A DNA stretch of 64,000 bases from an uncultured Actinomycetes bacterium. GTDB lineage: Bacteria > Actinomycetota > Acidimicrobiia > Acidimicrobiales > JACCXE01. Numbering within the stretch: position 1 is the stretch's first letter; each line of letters opens with the position of its first letter. The notes below the pieces were generated by a model. That model did not search any database and was not told the DNA's origin. It worked only from the letters and a program-made list of their open reading frames with translations. Both the position numbers and the translations under genes were made by a program. Location of the stretch: the NCBI GenBank assembly GCA_963722185.1, contig CAVRKD010000004.1, forward strand, positions 12,480-76,479. The letters are read 5' to 3'. Shown here one piece after another: positions 47,054 through 57,033 of the stretch.

Positions 47054-47083
47054 AGCTTACGTGACTAATTAGTCACCTGTCAA
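47054..47083 (-). promoter_or_regulatory. Candidate promoter of the ArsR operon with a 16-bp perfect palindromic operator in the spacer
   Basis: On the minus strand, TTGACA (47083-47078) is followed by an 18-nt spacer and then TAAGCT (47059-47054). The spacer contains the perfect palindrome GTGACTAATTAGTCAC (47061-47076). The GTG start lies 6 nt after the -10 element, which suggests a leaderless mRNA. Confidence 0.5.
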
Positions 47084-47183
47084 CGTGTTGTCATTCGCGC
47101 CCAAGAAAGGCCCAACGGCCCATCAACTCCGCGTAGTCCGTGCCGATTGAGGGGATACCAACCCCGCAACTCACGGAGTAGAA

Positions 47184-49134
47184 GTGCCCCCGCTTCCCCG
47201 ATGCCGCATCGTAAAAACCCTCTTCTTCGTCGCGCTCATCGCCGGAGGACTGAGCGTTCCGGCCCGCGCCGCGAGCATGCCCAGCCTCCCGATCGCGACG
47301 ACCTCGCTCCCGCCGATCCGCGTGGCGTCGATGAGCGCGCAGGCACTCAGCGTCGCCGGCGTTCCCGTACGCCGACACGTTCAAGTTGCACAGCGCACCG
47401 GGCGCGCAGCGCGTCATCTACCTCGACTTCAACGGCGAGACGGTCGCCGACACGGGGTGGAACCCCAAGTACACCGGCGGCGCCGCGTTTCACGCGATCG
47501 CGTTCGACACCGACGGCAACGCTTCGTCATTCAGCGACGCTGAACTCGGCATCATCCAGGAGACGTGGCAACGCGTCGCCGAGGACTACGCCCCGCTGGC
47601 GGTCGATGTGACGACGGAGGATCCGGGTCTCGCGGCGATTGACCGCGCCGGCGCGGGCGACCTCTACTTCGGCACCCGCGCGCTCATTACCGACACCTCG
47701 ACCATCGCGGACACCTGCGGGTGTTCCGGCACCGCCTTCCGGAATGCCTTCCCGATCGAATCTGGTCACCAGTACTACCAACCGGCATTCATCTTCGGAA
47801 AGACGCTCGGCACCTCCGCGAAGGACATCGCTGACGTCACGTCGCACGAAGTTGGTCACAACCTCGGGCTGCAACACGATGGCAACGCGTCAACCGACTA
47901 TTACGCCGGTCACGGCGCGTGGGCACCCATCATGGGGATGGGCTACTACCACGGCCTCACGCAATTCAGTAAGGGCGAGTTCAGCAGCGCCGCAAACACC
48001 GAGAATGACTTCGCGGTCATGGCGCAGTTGGGCTTGCCGACCCGCAACGACGACCACAGCGACAGCACGGCCGGTGCGACACCGCTCGGCGCGAGCGGGA
48101 CCGGGATCATCACCACCGACGCCGATGTCGACGTCTTCTCGATCAACGCTTCGGGCGGTGCGTTGTCCTTTACCGCCATGCCGGCACCCAAGGGTCCGAA
48201 CCTCGACATCAAGCTCGAACTGCTGGACGGAAGCGGTGGCGTCGTCGCCGCCAACGACCCGATCTCCGCGCAGCCGAACAATTCGAATCCCGACTACGTC
48301 ACGGGGCTCTCGGCCAGCGTGAGCGCATCGGTTGCCGCGGGTACCTACTTCCTGCGAGTGCAGGGTGTCGGTGCCGGCAACGCGGCGACCACGGGCTACA
48401 GCGGCTACGGCAGTGTGGGCGCCTACACGCTGACGGCCTCGAGCGGCGGCGGGAGCACTCCATCGCTGTCGGTCGGCGACGCCACGGTCACCGAAGGCAA
48501 CGCCGGTTTGACCAACGTCACGTTCACAGTCTCCTTGTCCGCGGCCGCGGCCGCACCGGTGAGCGTCAACGTCAGCACGACCAACGGCACCGGTCTCGCG
48601 GGCTCCGACTACATCGCCGCCGGCGGGGTCGTCACGATTCCCGCCGGGCAGACGAGTGCACCGTTCACCGTCAACGCGGTGGGCGACACTGCGCCCGAAC
48701 CGCACGAGAAGTTTTCGCTGGTCATGGCCAACCCGAGCGGCGCGACGATCGCAAGATCGAGTGGCGCGGCGACGCTTGTGAACGACGACGGTGTCGGCAT
48801 CAAGATCTCCGACGTCGCCAAGTTCGAGGGCGCGGCCGGCAACACCACGACCTTCACGTTCACCGTCAGTTTGTCGACGGTTCCGAGCTGGACCATCGGT
48901 GTAACCGTCAAGACGGCGAACGGATCTGCCGCCAGCACAGCCGACTACACGTCGAAGACGCAGATCCTGAGCTTCGTGGCCGGGCAGAAGACCAAAACGT
49001 TCACCGTCACCGTGAAGGGCGACGGCATGAAAGAGGGCAACGAAACCTTCTTCGTCAACCTGTCGAATCCCACGGGCACCGGAGCCAAGATCACCGACGC
49101 GCAAGGCATCGGGACGATCAGCAACGACGACTAA
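47184..49134 (+). CDS. Secreted metzincin zinc metalloprotease with a PPC domain and two Calx-beta domains; a +1 frameshift near 47361 separates the signal peptide from the body
   Basis: The signal peptide (IVKTLFFVALIAGGLSVPARA) is in frame 3, starting at GTG 47184 after GGAG. The body is in frame 1 and carries HEVGHNLGLQHDG. The two Calx-beta modules each end in NDD. Deleting the G at 47361 fuses the two frames. The longest uninterrupted ORF is 47386-49134 and has only a TTG start. Confidence 0.7.
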
Positions 49135-49137
49135 CCG

Positions 49138-49398
49138 TTAGTGGCCCGTCTTGCCGGTGCGTTCCTCGCGCTCGGCGGCCTTGGCCGCGTAACCGAGGAT
49201 GATCGACGGGCCCAGGACGACGGCCGCCACCGCCATGCAGACGGCGATCGCCGTGGTGAAGGTGTCGTTGAGGCCGACCGCGAGCCCGACGCCGAACAGC
49301 ACGAGGGCGACGAGTAGGAGGAGGTAACCGACGCGTTGACCGGTGTTGGCCAGGCGCAGCGCTTGGGCGCGGCGATGCAGGATCGGGTCGTCGTCCAC
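49138..49398 (-). CDS. Small hypothetical membrane protein (2 TM)
   Basis: There are two hydrophobic helices (VGYLLLLVALVLFGVGLAVGL and AIAVCMAVAAVVLGPSIILGY). It lies 6 nt downstream of the glycosyltransferase gene. Confidence 0.5.
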   Translation of the reverse strand: MDDDPILHRRAQALRLANTGQRVGYLLLLVALVLFGVGLAVGLNDTFTTAIAVCMAVAAVVLGPSIILGYAAKAAEREERTGKTGH

Positions 49399-49404
49399 TC
49401 CCGG

Positions 49405-50409
49405 TCAGTCTCGCAGCCCGAGTAGCGACGCGAGCTTGTCGGGCAGGTCGCGCAGGTTGAAGTTGGCGCGGGCGATTTCGTAATTGCGGTCAAGGGCGCT
49501 GGTGTCGTCGAGTTCGACGCTGTCGCCGTCGTACCACTCAAAGCCGAACGCCAGCAGCTCGTCGAGCACGGGGTAGTGGGCCACCACGAGCGGCTTGCGG
49601 TGAATAGCGGACTCGATGGTCGGATTGCCGAAGCCCTCCCAGGTCGAGGGAAACGTCACCAGGTCACACGCCTCGTAGGCGTCGGCGATCGTGACGCCGG
49701 CCGGGAGCCCGCGGATCGTCGGAACCCGGCGCTGATCGAGCAACGCGTCGAGCACCGGTCCGTAATCCTCTTCCGGCGCGCCGGCGAGCCACAGCGTCGC
49801 GCCGATTCTTTCGGCGACGCGGATCGACTCCGGAATGTTCTTGCGCGCAATCGCCCGCGTCGGTTGAAGGGCCAGCAGGCCGTCCTCGCCCAGTGCGTCG
49901 CGGGCAGTGGCGGCGCTTCCCGAAGGCGTGAAGTCGAAGTGGTTGTAGATCCGGTGCGCCTCGATGCCGCGATCGGCGAGTTGACGGCGCGTGAGTTCGT
50001 TGATGGTGATGTGGGTCCACACGGCGTCGCTCGGGATCGGCTCGGTCCAGTGTGCGAAACGCTCACGCTGCCACGGCACGTCGTGATGTCGCAGCACGGC
50101 GCGTCGCCCGTGCACGGCGTCGGCGACCGCCGCGCCGGCGCGCGGGTTCAACGGCAGCGAGCAGATGTTTTCGACAAAGACGACATCCGCGGTCGCGAAC
50201 GCGGCGTCGAGCTGACTCCGCGACGGCGGATCCACCTGCGACGGCGCGTCGTGAGCCAGACCCGGCAGCACGACGTCGGCGACTCCGTCGCCCGCCACCG
50301 TGACGACGTCCCATCCAAGCGCGTACAGCGCGTCGATCCACTTCGCCGCTTCCACCGACACCCCGTCGGCGTGCCCGAGGCGGTACGAGACGACGGCGGC
50401 TGTGGGCAT
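49405..50409 (-). CDS. Glycosyltransferase (GT-B fold, family 4-like)
   Basis: The C-terminal motif region is FPSTWEGFGNPTIES (the EX7E type). The overall size fits a GT4 enzyme. Confidence 0.72.
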   Translation of the reverse strand: MPTAAVVSYRLGHADGVSVEAAKWIDALYALGWDVVTVAGDGVADVVLPGLAHDAPSQVDPPSRSQLDAAFATADVVFVENICSLPLNPRAGAAVADAVHGRRAVLRHHDVPWQRERFAHWTEPIPSDAVWTHITINELTRRQLADRGIEAHRIYNHFDFTPSGSAATARDALGEDGLLALQPTRAIARKNIPESIRVAERIGATLWLAGAPEEDYGPVLDALLDQRRVPTIRGLPAGVTIADAYEACDLVTFPSTWEGFGNPTIESAIHRKPLVVAHYPVLDELLAFGFEWYDGDSVELDDTSALDRNYEIARANFNLRDLPDKLASLLGLRD

Positions 50410-50438
50410 GGCGGGTCCGAGACTACGGTCGCCGAGTC

Positions 50439-51215
50439 ATGAGCGAGCTTCTGTACGGCGTGCGCGACGGCGTCGCCACGATGGCGATCAACCGACCGGA
50501 ACGGCGCAACGCGCTGTCGTGGGACGTGATCGCGCAGATGCGCACGCGGCTCGCGGAAGCCAAAGTGGACGACGGCGTGCGGGTTGTGGTCGTGACGGGA
50601 TCAGGCGACAAGGCGTTTTGCGCCGGCGCCGATCTCGGCAACATGGCCGACGGCGCCAGCTTCCTGGAACTGCACGAAGGCCGCGGCGGCTTGGCGGAGT
50701 TGTTCCAGGAGATGTGGGCGCTGGGCAAGCCCACCATCGCCCGCGTCCACGGCTACGCGCTCGCCGGTGGCTTCGGTCTCGCTCTCGCGTGCGACATGGT
50801 CATTGCTGCTGACAACGCCGTGTTCGGCACGCCCGAGATCGACGTCGGCCTGTGGCCGTACATGATCACCGTCCCCTTAACGCGGTCGATGGCGCCGAAG
50901 AAGGTGCTGGAGCTCATGTTGACGGGGCGGCGCGTCGACGCCGCCGAGGCTGACCGCATCGGCTTCGTCACGCGCGTGGTTCCGGTGGCCGACCTCGACG
51001 CTGCCGTGGACGAACTGGCGACGACCTTGGCCTCAAAGTCGCCGGCGATCGTCAAACTCGGACGCGACTCCTTCTACGACGTATGGGATCGCGCCGCCGA
51101 GGACGCGCTCGCCCTTCTGCACCCGTTGCTCACGCTCACCACCTTGACCGACGACGCCAAGGAAGGCATCGCCGCATTCGCCGAGAAGCGCCCGCCGGAG
51201 TGGCGGGGTTCTTAA
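50439..51215 (+). CDS. Enoyl-CoA hydratase/isomerase (crotonase family)
   Basis: Motifs are FCAGADL and GYALAGGFGLALACD. Confidence 0.9.
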   Translation: MSELLYGVRDGVATMAINRPERRNALSWDVIAQMRTRLAEAKVDDGVRVVVVTGSGDKAFCAGADLGNMADGASFLELHEGRGGLAELFQEMWALGKPTIARVHGYALAGGFGLALACDMVIAADNAVFGTPEIDVGLWPYMITVPLTRSMAPKKVLELMLTGRRVDAAEADRIGFVTRVVPVADLDAAVDELATTLASKSPAIVKLGRDSFYDVWDRAAEDALALLHPLLTLTTLTDDAKEGIAAFAEKRPPEWRGS

Positions 51216-51237
51216 CCGTTTCTGCGAGACTTCGGTA

Positions 51238-52222
51238 ATGGCGCCTCGTGCATTGATCACCGGTATCACCGGGCAGGACGGTTCGTACCTGGCCGAGCTG
51301 TTACTGGACAAGGGATACGAAGTCGTCGGCGTCGTGCGCCGCACGAGCACGCCGAACTTCGAGCGCATCGGTCATCTCCGCGAGCGCATCAAGCTGGTGG
51401 GTGCCGACCTCACCGATCAGACGTCGCTTATCAACGTCGTGAAAGAGCATCGGCCGACCGAGGTGTACAACCTGGCCGCTCAAAGCTTCGTCTACGAAAG
51501 CTTCGCCCAGCCCGTGGTCACGGGCGACGCGACTGCTCTCGGCGTGACGCGGCTGCTCGACGCCATCAGGATCGTCGACCCGTCGATTCGTTTCTACCAA
51601 GCGTCGTCGTCGGAGATGTTCGGCAAGGTGGTCGAAACGCCGCAGCGCGAGACGACGCCGTTTCACCCGCGCAGCCCGTACGGCGTGGCCAAGGTGTACG
51701 GCCACTGGATCACCGTCAATTACCGCGAGAGCTACGAGATGCATGCGTCGAGCGGAATCCTGTTCAATCACGAAAGCCCGCGTCGTGGCCTCGAGTTCGC
51801 CAGCCGGAAGATCAGCAACGGCGTGGCGCGCATTCACCACAAGATCGACAAGGAACTTGTGATGGGCAACCTCAGCTCAAAGCGCGACTACGGGTTCGCG
51901 GGCGATTACGTCGAGGCCATGTGGTTGATGATGCAGCAGGACGAGCCGGCTGACTTTGTCGTCGCCACCGGCGAGACGCACGCGATTCAAGAGTTCTGCG
52001 ACCTCGCCTTCGCGCGCGTCGGGCTGAAGTCGGAAGACCACGTGCGCATCAGCGAGGAGTTCTTCCGTCCGGCTGAGGTCGATCTTTTGATCGGCGACGC
52101 GACGCTGGCGCGCGACGAAGCTCGGCTGGACCCCAAAGGTCGAGTTCGAGGGTCTGGTGGCGATGATGGTCGACGCGGATGTCGAACGCATCGGCGTGCT
52201 CAACGCCGCCGGCCTCCTCTAA
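51238..52222 (+). CDS. gmd: GDP-mannose 4,6-dehydratase, with a +1 frameshift near 52117
   Basis: Motifs are ITGITGQDGSYLAELLL, YNLAAQSFV and YGVAKVY. After LARD the conserved C-terminus KLGWTPKVEFEGLVAMMVDADVERIGVLNAAGLL continues in the +1 frame and ends at 52222. The uncorrected ORF runs to 52260 with a nonsense tail. Confidence 0.85.
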
Positions 52223-52229
52223 AAGACCG

Positions 52230-52472
52230 CTACGCAACCTCGCGCTTCTGCAGGAAGTAGACGATGCCCGCCGCGGCGAGAACCTGAAGCACGACCTGGA
52301 GGGTCTCCGTGTCGGGGAAGAGAAGCGCACCAACCAGGCCGCCCGCCAAGCTTCCGCCGATTCCGACGAGGAGCGTCTTGCCGATGCTCATTGGGTTTGG
52401 ACCCGGAATCGCGAGTCGGCCGAGTCCGCCGATGATCAAGCCCGACACGAGGATCGAAAGAATGATGAACAC
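52230..52472 (-). CDS. GlsB/YeaQ/YmgE-family stress-response membrane protein
   Basis: The 80-aa product is Gly-rich with three TM segments (ILVSGLIIGGLGRL, LLVGIGGSLAGGLVG). Confidence 0.85.
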   Translation of the reverse strand: MFIILSILVSGLIIGGLGRLAIPGPNPMSIGKTLLVGIGGSLAGGLVGALLFPDTETLQVVLQVLAAAGIVYFLQKREVA

Positions 52473-52490
52473 GCCTACTGTCTACTTGTC

Positions 52491-53222
52491 ATGAGCGACG
52501 TCGTCTCCGCAGCGGTCGATCGCGTCGTCACCATCACGATCGATCGGCAAGCGCGTCGCAACTCGGTGGACCTGGCGGCATGCCACGCGATCGCCGATGC
52601 CGTCGAAGCGGCGGTCGGCAGTGGCGCCCGCGCGATTGTGATTACCGGTGCCGGCGGTCACTTCTGCGCCGGCGCCGACCTCAGCGGCGACAAGGCCGAG
52701 GGCGTCCGCGCCGGGATCCAGCGGTGTATCGAGGGACTGCGGGCCGCGCCGGTCGTGACCATCGCGGCGGTCGACGGGTTCGCGCTCGGTGCCGGCGTGC
52801 AGCTGGCGGTCGCCTGCGATCTGCGCCTCGCCGCACCGACGGCCCGCTTCGGCGTTCCGGCGGCCAAGCTCGGCCTGGCGGTCGACCACCGCACCGTGCA
52901 ACTGGCGGCGTTGATGATAGGTGGCAGCCAGGCGCGCGCCCTCTTGCTGGCGTCGGAGGAGATCGACGGAGCACGCGCCTACGACCTGGGTTTCGTGAAC
53001 CGTCTCGGCACGCTCGCCGACGCCCAGGCGTGGGCCGCGGAGATCGCCGCCCTGGCGCCGCTGACGATCGCCGCCCACAAGTTGGCGCTCAACCGCCTCG
53101 AAGACGCGCTCGGCGATGATGAGGTTGTCGCCGCCGTGAATCGGGCTTGGGGGAGTAACGATCTCCAAGAAGGCCGCGCTGCGTTCGCCGAGAAGCGAAC
53201 GCCGAACTTCACGGGCGAGTAG
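52491..53222 (+). CDS. Enoyl-CoA hydratase/isomerase family protein
   Basis: Motifs are FCAGADLSG and GFALGAGVQLAVACD. The start is the ATG at 52491. Confidence 0.85.
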   Translation: MSDVVSAAVDRVVTITIDRQARRNSVDLAACHAIADAVEAAVGSGARAIVITGAGGHFCAGADLSGDKAEGVRAGIQRCIEGLRAAPVVTIAAVDGFALGAGVQLAVACDLRLAAPTARFGVPAAKLGLAVDHRTVQLAALMIGGSQARALLLASEEIDGARAYDLGFVNRLGTLADAQAWAAEIAALAPLTIAAHKLALNRLEDALGDDEVVAAVNRAWGSNDLQEGRAAFAEKRTPNFTGE

Positions 53223-53225
53223 AAG

Positions 53226-53963
53226 GTGGCCGACCCGAGCATCCCCGCGGCGTTCGGCGCCGGCCTGCTGTCATTCGTCTCGCCGTGCGTGTTGCCGCTG
53301 GTGCCCGGCTACCTGTCGCTCATGTCAGGGCTGTCGGGCGAAGAACTCGCGGAGGCACGCGGCGTCGAGCAACGCCGCGTGCTGCGATCCACGCTGCTAT
53401 TCGTCGGCGGATTCACCCTCGTGTTCGTGGCCTTGGGCGCCTCGGCGAGCGCGATCGGTGAGTTGCTCAACGACCACAAGCGCGGGCTGAATCAGGTCAC
53501 CGGCGTCATCGTGATTGTGATGGGCCTATTCCTCGCAGGCGTCGCGTCACCGCAGCTCTTGCAAGCGGAGAAGCGCTTCCACGTATCGCCGCGACGGCTC
53601 GGTCCCTACGCCGCACCGGTCATGGGCATGGCGTTCGCCTTCGGCTGGACGCCGTGTCTCGGCCCGGTGCTCGCTGGCGTGCTCACCCTCGCTTCGAACG
53701 AGTCCAGCGTGGCCAAGGGCGCCGCGCTTTTGGTCGTGTACTCGGCCGGACTCGGTGTGCCGTTCATCGCCAGCGGCCTTGGACTGGCGCGGTTGCAGTC
53801 GACGTTTCGCTGGATCAAACGTCACTACCGCGCCATCAATCTCGTCTCGGGCGCGCTCCTCGCCGCGTTCGGCGTCTTGCTCTTCACGAACCGCCTGACG
53901 TACATCGCGTCCGACCTCGTCGAGTTCTTCGACTCCCACGGCATGGGCTGGCTGCTGCGCTAG
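53226..53963 (+). CDS. ccdA: Cytochrome c biogenesis thiol-reductant transporter CcdA
   Basis: The first motif is LSFVSPCVLPLVPGY and the second Cys motif is GWTPCLGP. The product has six TM segments. Confidence 0.88.
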   Translation: MADPSIPAAFGAGLLSFVSPCVLPLVPGYLSLMSGLSGEELAEARGVEQRRVLRSTLLFVGGFTLVFVALGASASAIGELLNDHKRGLNQVTGVIVIVMGLFLAGVASPQLLQAEKRFHVSPRRLGPYAAPVMGMAFAFGWTPCLGPVLAGVLTLASNESSVAKGAALLVVYSAGLGVPFIASGLGLARLQSTFRWIKRHYRAINLVSGALLAAFGVLLFTNRLTYIASDLVEFFDSHGMGWLLR

Positions 53964-54832
53964 ACGTTGGCGGGGAGGAGTCGGGCGACGTTCTCGAAGA
54001 AGATGAACAGCGTCGCAGCCATTGGGATCGCGGCTACCGGCCACACGATCCATTTGTGGCCGAGCTGCCGGCGGATGCCGTAGGCCAGGGCCCAGACGGC
54101 GCCGAATGCGAGGCCCCACAAGATGGCCGGTGTCCTGGCGGTAGTGCCTCCGCTCAGGCCGGCTTCGGTGCCGAGCGTCGGTTCCTTCGGTTCTTCGTCC
54201 GGCTTTGCTGGTTCGGGCGGTGGCGCCGGCAGCGCAGCACCGATCAGCTTCGCTGTCACGATCATCCGCTGGCTCGCGGAGAACCGCGGGTGGCATGTCG
54301 TCAACGTCAACCGGTTGTCTTTGGTTTCGTTGAGCACGTCGACCTTGGTCGGCCGCACGATCGTCGTTTCGAGCACCTCGTACCGGAACGCGCCCTGCAC
54401 GGTGGTCACGAGGATCGGGTCGTTCGGCTGGAGCTGGTCGAGGTTGTAGAAGGGCGCGCCATAGGTCGTGCGGTGCCCGGCGATGGCCGCGTTGCCGGTT
54501 TGTCCGGGCATGGGCGTGTCGGGGTAATGACCCGGGCCCTTCTTCAAGTCGTCCACGCCGACGCCCTGCACGACGGTCTTTTCCACGCCGAGGCGCGGAA
54601 TCTTGATGATGGCGATCGCGGAGCCGGTCGGCGCCGGCGGGGCGTACTCCGTACGGGTCTCGTCGACCGGCGCCTTGGCCTGCGCCACCTTGAAGTCCTG
54701 GCGGAGATCCTTCTGGCTGCGCGCTTCGGCGAAACCCGTGCCCCAGAGTTCGTACGCGACGAACAGCAGCATCAAGATCCCGGCCGCCATGAAGACGCGG
54801 CCGATCGCCGACACAATCGGTCGCCATCCCAC
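53960..54832 (-). CDS. Class E sortase
   Basis: There is an N-terminal TM. The catalytic motif is TLTTCHP with His in AIAGHRTTYG, and there is a C-terminal TM tail. Confidence 0.88.
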   Translation of the reverse strand: MGWRPIVSAIGRVFMAAGILMLLFVAYELWGTGFAEARSQKDLRQDFKVAQAKAPVDETRTEYAPPAPTGSAIAIIKIPRLGVEKTVVQGVGVDDLKKGPGHYPDTPMPGQTGNAAIAGHRTTYGAPFYNLDQLQPNDPILVTTVQGAFRYEVLETTIVRPTKVDVLNETKDNRLTLTTCHPRFSASQRMIVTAKLIGAALPAPPPEPAKPDEEPKEPTLGTEAGLSGGTTARTPAILWGLAFGAVWALAYGIRRQLGHKWIVWPVAAIPMAATLFIFFENVARLLPANV

Positions 54833-54895
54833 GGGTAGGAACGTAGCCCCTGCTTGGTGGTTGACCGATGCCGCCCCGTACGATGGTTCCGCCTC

Positions 54896-55558
54896 ATGGA
54901 GCCCGTTGTCCGTCTCCGATCCGTCGTCGCGTTACTCGGCGGCTTCCCCGCACTGGCGGGCGCTGACCTCACCGTCGACGCCGGCGAGGCGGTTCTGTTG
55001 CGCGGTCCCAACGGTGCGGGGAAATCCACGGTGCTGCGGGTGTGCGCCGGTCTCGTGCCCGTCACCTCCGGCGAGGCCACCGTGCTCGGCGTCGACATGG
55101 TGCGCGACCGCACGTCGGTGCGGCGGCGCGTCGCCATGCTCGGCCACCACGGTTTTCTCTATGACGACCTGACCGTGCACGAGAACGTGACGTTCGCCGT
55201 TCGTGCCTGCGGCGGCGACGCCGGCGCGATCCCGGGCGCTCTGGGCCGGCTCGGTCTCGACGGACGGCTCGCGACGACCCGGGTCGCCTCGCTCTCGGCC
55301 GGTCAGCGTCGGCGCACGTCGCTGGCAGCACTCGTGGCGCGTGGCGCCGAGTTGTGGTTGCTCGACGAACCGCACGCCGGACTGGATGACGACGGGCGCG
55401 ACCTCGTCGACGGCGTCGTGCGCGAGGCAACGGCGACCGGAGCGACGGTCCTCATGGCCAGCCACGACACCGACCGCGCCACGGCGCTGGCGGCACGCGT
55501 GCTTACCGTCGCCGGCGGCATGATCACGCCGACCAAGGAGCCTCTGCGTGTTCCGTGA
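54896..55558 (+). CDS. ccmA: Heme exporter ATP-binding protein CcmA
   Basis: Motifs are GPNGAGKST, LSAGQRRR and LWLLDEP. It is the first gene of the ccm operon. Confidence 0.85.
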   Translation: MEPVVRLRSVVALLGGFPALAGADLTVDAGEAVLLRGPNGAGKSTVLRVCAGLVPVTSGEATVLGVDMVRDRTSVRRRVAMLGHHGFLYDDLTVHENVTFAVRACGGDAGAIPGALGRLGLDGRLATTRVASLSAGQRRRTSLAALVARGAELWLLDEPHAGLDDDGRDLVDGVVREATATGATVLMASHDTDRATALAARVLTVAGGMITPTKEPLRVP

Positions 55559-56216
55559 CGCCTCGTTGGTGGCGGGCAAGGACTTGCGCATCGAACGGCG
55601 GTCGCGAGTGACGACGCAGCAGATCGCACCGTTCGCAGTGCTCGTGCTGGTGCTGTTCGCGTTCGCCCTCGACCCCGATCGCGGCGTGCTCGGCCGGGCC
55701 TCGGCGGGCCTGTACTGGCTGGCCGTGGTGTTCTGCACGGTGCTGGCCGTACAGCGCTCAGCCGCCGTGGAGGTCGCCGACCACGCGGGCGAGGGCCTGC
55801 GGCTCGCCGGCCTCGAACCCGGCGGCGTGTTTCTCGGCAAAGCGCTCGCCGTGGCCGCCCAGCTGGCGCTGCTCGAGGTGCTGCTCAGTTTCGGGATCGT
55901 GTTCCTGTACGGCAGCGACCTGCAAGAGCCGCTCGTTCTTGTGGCGACGGCCGGGTTGGCCACCATCGGACTCGCCGCGGCGGGCACGGCGTACGCCGCG
56001 ATTGCCGCCAGTCTCCGCGTGGGCAACACGCTGTTGCCCTTGCTGTTGTTGCCGGTCCTCGCTCCCGTCCTGCTGGCCGCCACCAGGGCGTGGGAGGCCG
56101 GATTGGCAGGTGTGCCCGGGGACGCGATTAGCTGGCTGCAGTTGCTGGCCGCGTTCGCGGTGCTGTACGTCGCAGTTGGTGTCGTCGGTTACGGCACCTT
56201 GCAGGAGGAGTCATGA
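55548..56216 (+). CDS. ccmB: Heme exporter protein CcmB
   Basis: The six-TM product has the size and position of CcmB. The GTG start overlaps the end of ccmA. Confidence 0.82.
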   Translation: MFRDASLVAGKDLRIERRSRVTTQQIAPFAVLVLVLFAFALDPDRGVLGRASAGLYWLAVVFCTVLAVQRSAAVEVADHAGEGLRLAGLEPGGVFLGKALAVAAQLALLEVLLSFGIVFLYGSDLQEPLVLVATAGLATIGLAAAGTAYAAIAASLRVGNTLLPLLLLPVLAPVLLAATRAWEAGLAGVPGDAISWLQLLAAFAVLYVAVGVVGYGTLQEES

Positions 56217-56923
56217 AGTCCATCCGCGTGCTCGGCGCGCTCGCCGTCGTCACGCTCACCGGCACCGTCGCCCTCGGGCTGGGCCTTCCGGCGACGTATG
56301 AGCAACGGACGTATTCGCGCATGCTGGCGCTCCACCCACCGCTCGCGTGGACGGCCTACATCGCCTTCGGGGTCGTGGCCGCGGCGTCGATCCTGTACCT
56401 GTGGCCCCGCACCCGCCGGGCGCGCTTCGACGCCATCGCCGCCGCCTCCGCCGAACTCGGCGTGCTCTTCACTGGGCTCACCCTGGCTACGGGCAGCCTC
56501 TGGGGCCGGCCGACGTGGGGGGTGTGGTGGACCTGGGACGCACGGCTTACAACGACGGCGCTGATGCTCGTCATCTACTTGGGCTATCTCGCGCAGCGCT
56601 CGGTGGCGGACACGGCGCCGGCGCGCGCCAAGCGCTCGGCGATCATCGGTGTGATGGCGATCATCGTCGTGCCGATCAACCATATGGCGGTGGAGTGGTG
56701 GCGCACGCTGCACCAAGGGCGCTCGCTGGCGTCGCTCAAGCCGAGCGCGACGCTCGACGGGGACTTCATCGCCGCCATGCTCCTCGGGTTCCTCGCCATG
56801 ACGCTGACCTACGCCTGGCTGCTCGCCATGCGCACGCGGGTGATCGAAGCCGAGGCCGACATGGAAGAGGACGCGTTGGCCAACGCCATCGCCGCCCGCC
56901 GCCGAGAGGCGGTCGCGCAGTGA
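56213..56923 (+). CDS. ccmC: Heme exporter/heme-handling protein CcmC
   Basis: The Trp-rich WWD motif is WGRPTWGVWWTWDARL, with flanking His residues. It overlaps ccmB through ATGA. Confidence 0.9.
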   Translation: MKSIRVLGALAVVTLTGTVALGLGLPATYEQRTYSRMLALHPPLAWTAYIAFGVVAAASILYLWPRTRRARFDAIAAASAELGVLFTGLTLATGSLWGRPTWGVWWTWDARLTTTALMLVIYLGYLAQRSVADTAPARAKRSAIIGVMAIIVVPINHMAVEWWRTLHQGRSLASLKPSATLDGDFIAAMLLGFLAMTLTYAWLLAMRTRVIEAEADMEEDALANAIAARRREAVAQ

Positions 56924-57033
56924 GCGGGTATGTCATCGCGTGTTATGTGGTGACGATCGGGACCCTGGTGTCGTACTCGCTCTGGACGCTGTCTCGCTTT
57001 CGCGCCGTCACCAAGCGCGGACCGCGTCAGTGA
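56920..57033 (+). CDS. ccmD: Small membrane protein CcmD
   Basis: The 37-aa single-TM product (YVIACYVVTIGTLVSYSLW) sits between ccmC and ccmE, with GTGA overlaps at both ends. Confidence 0.6.
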   Translation: MSGYVIACYVVTIGTLVSYSLWTLSRFRAVTKRGPRQ

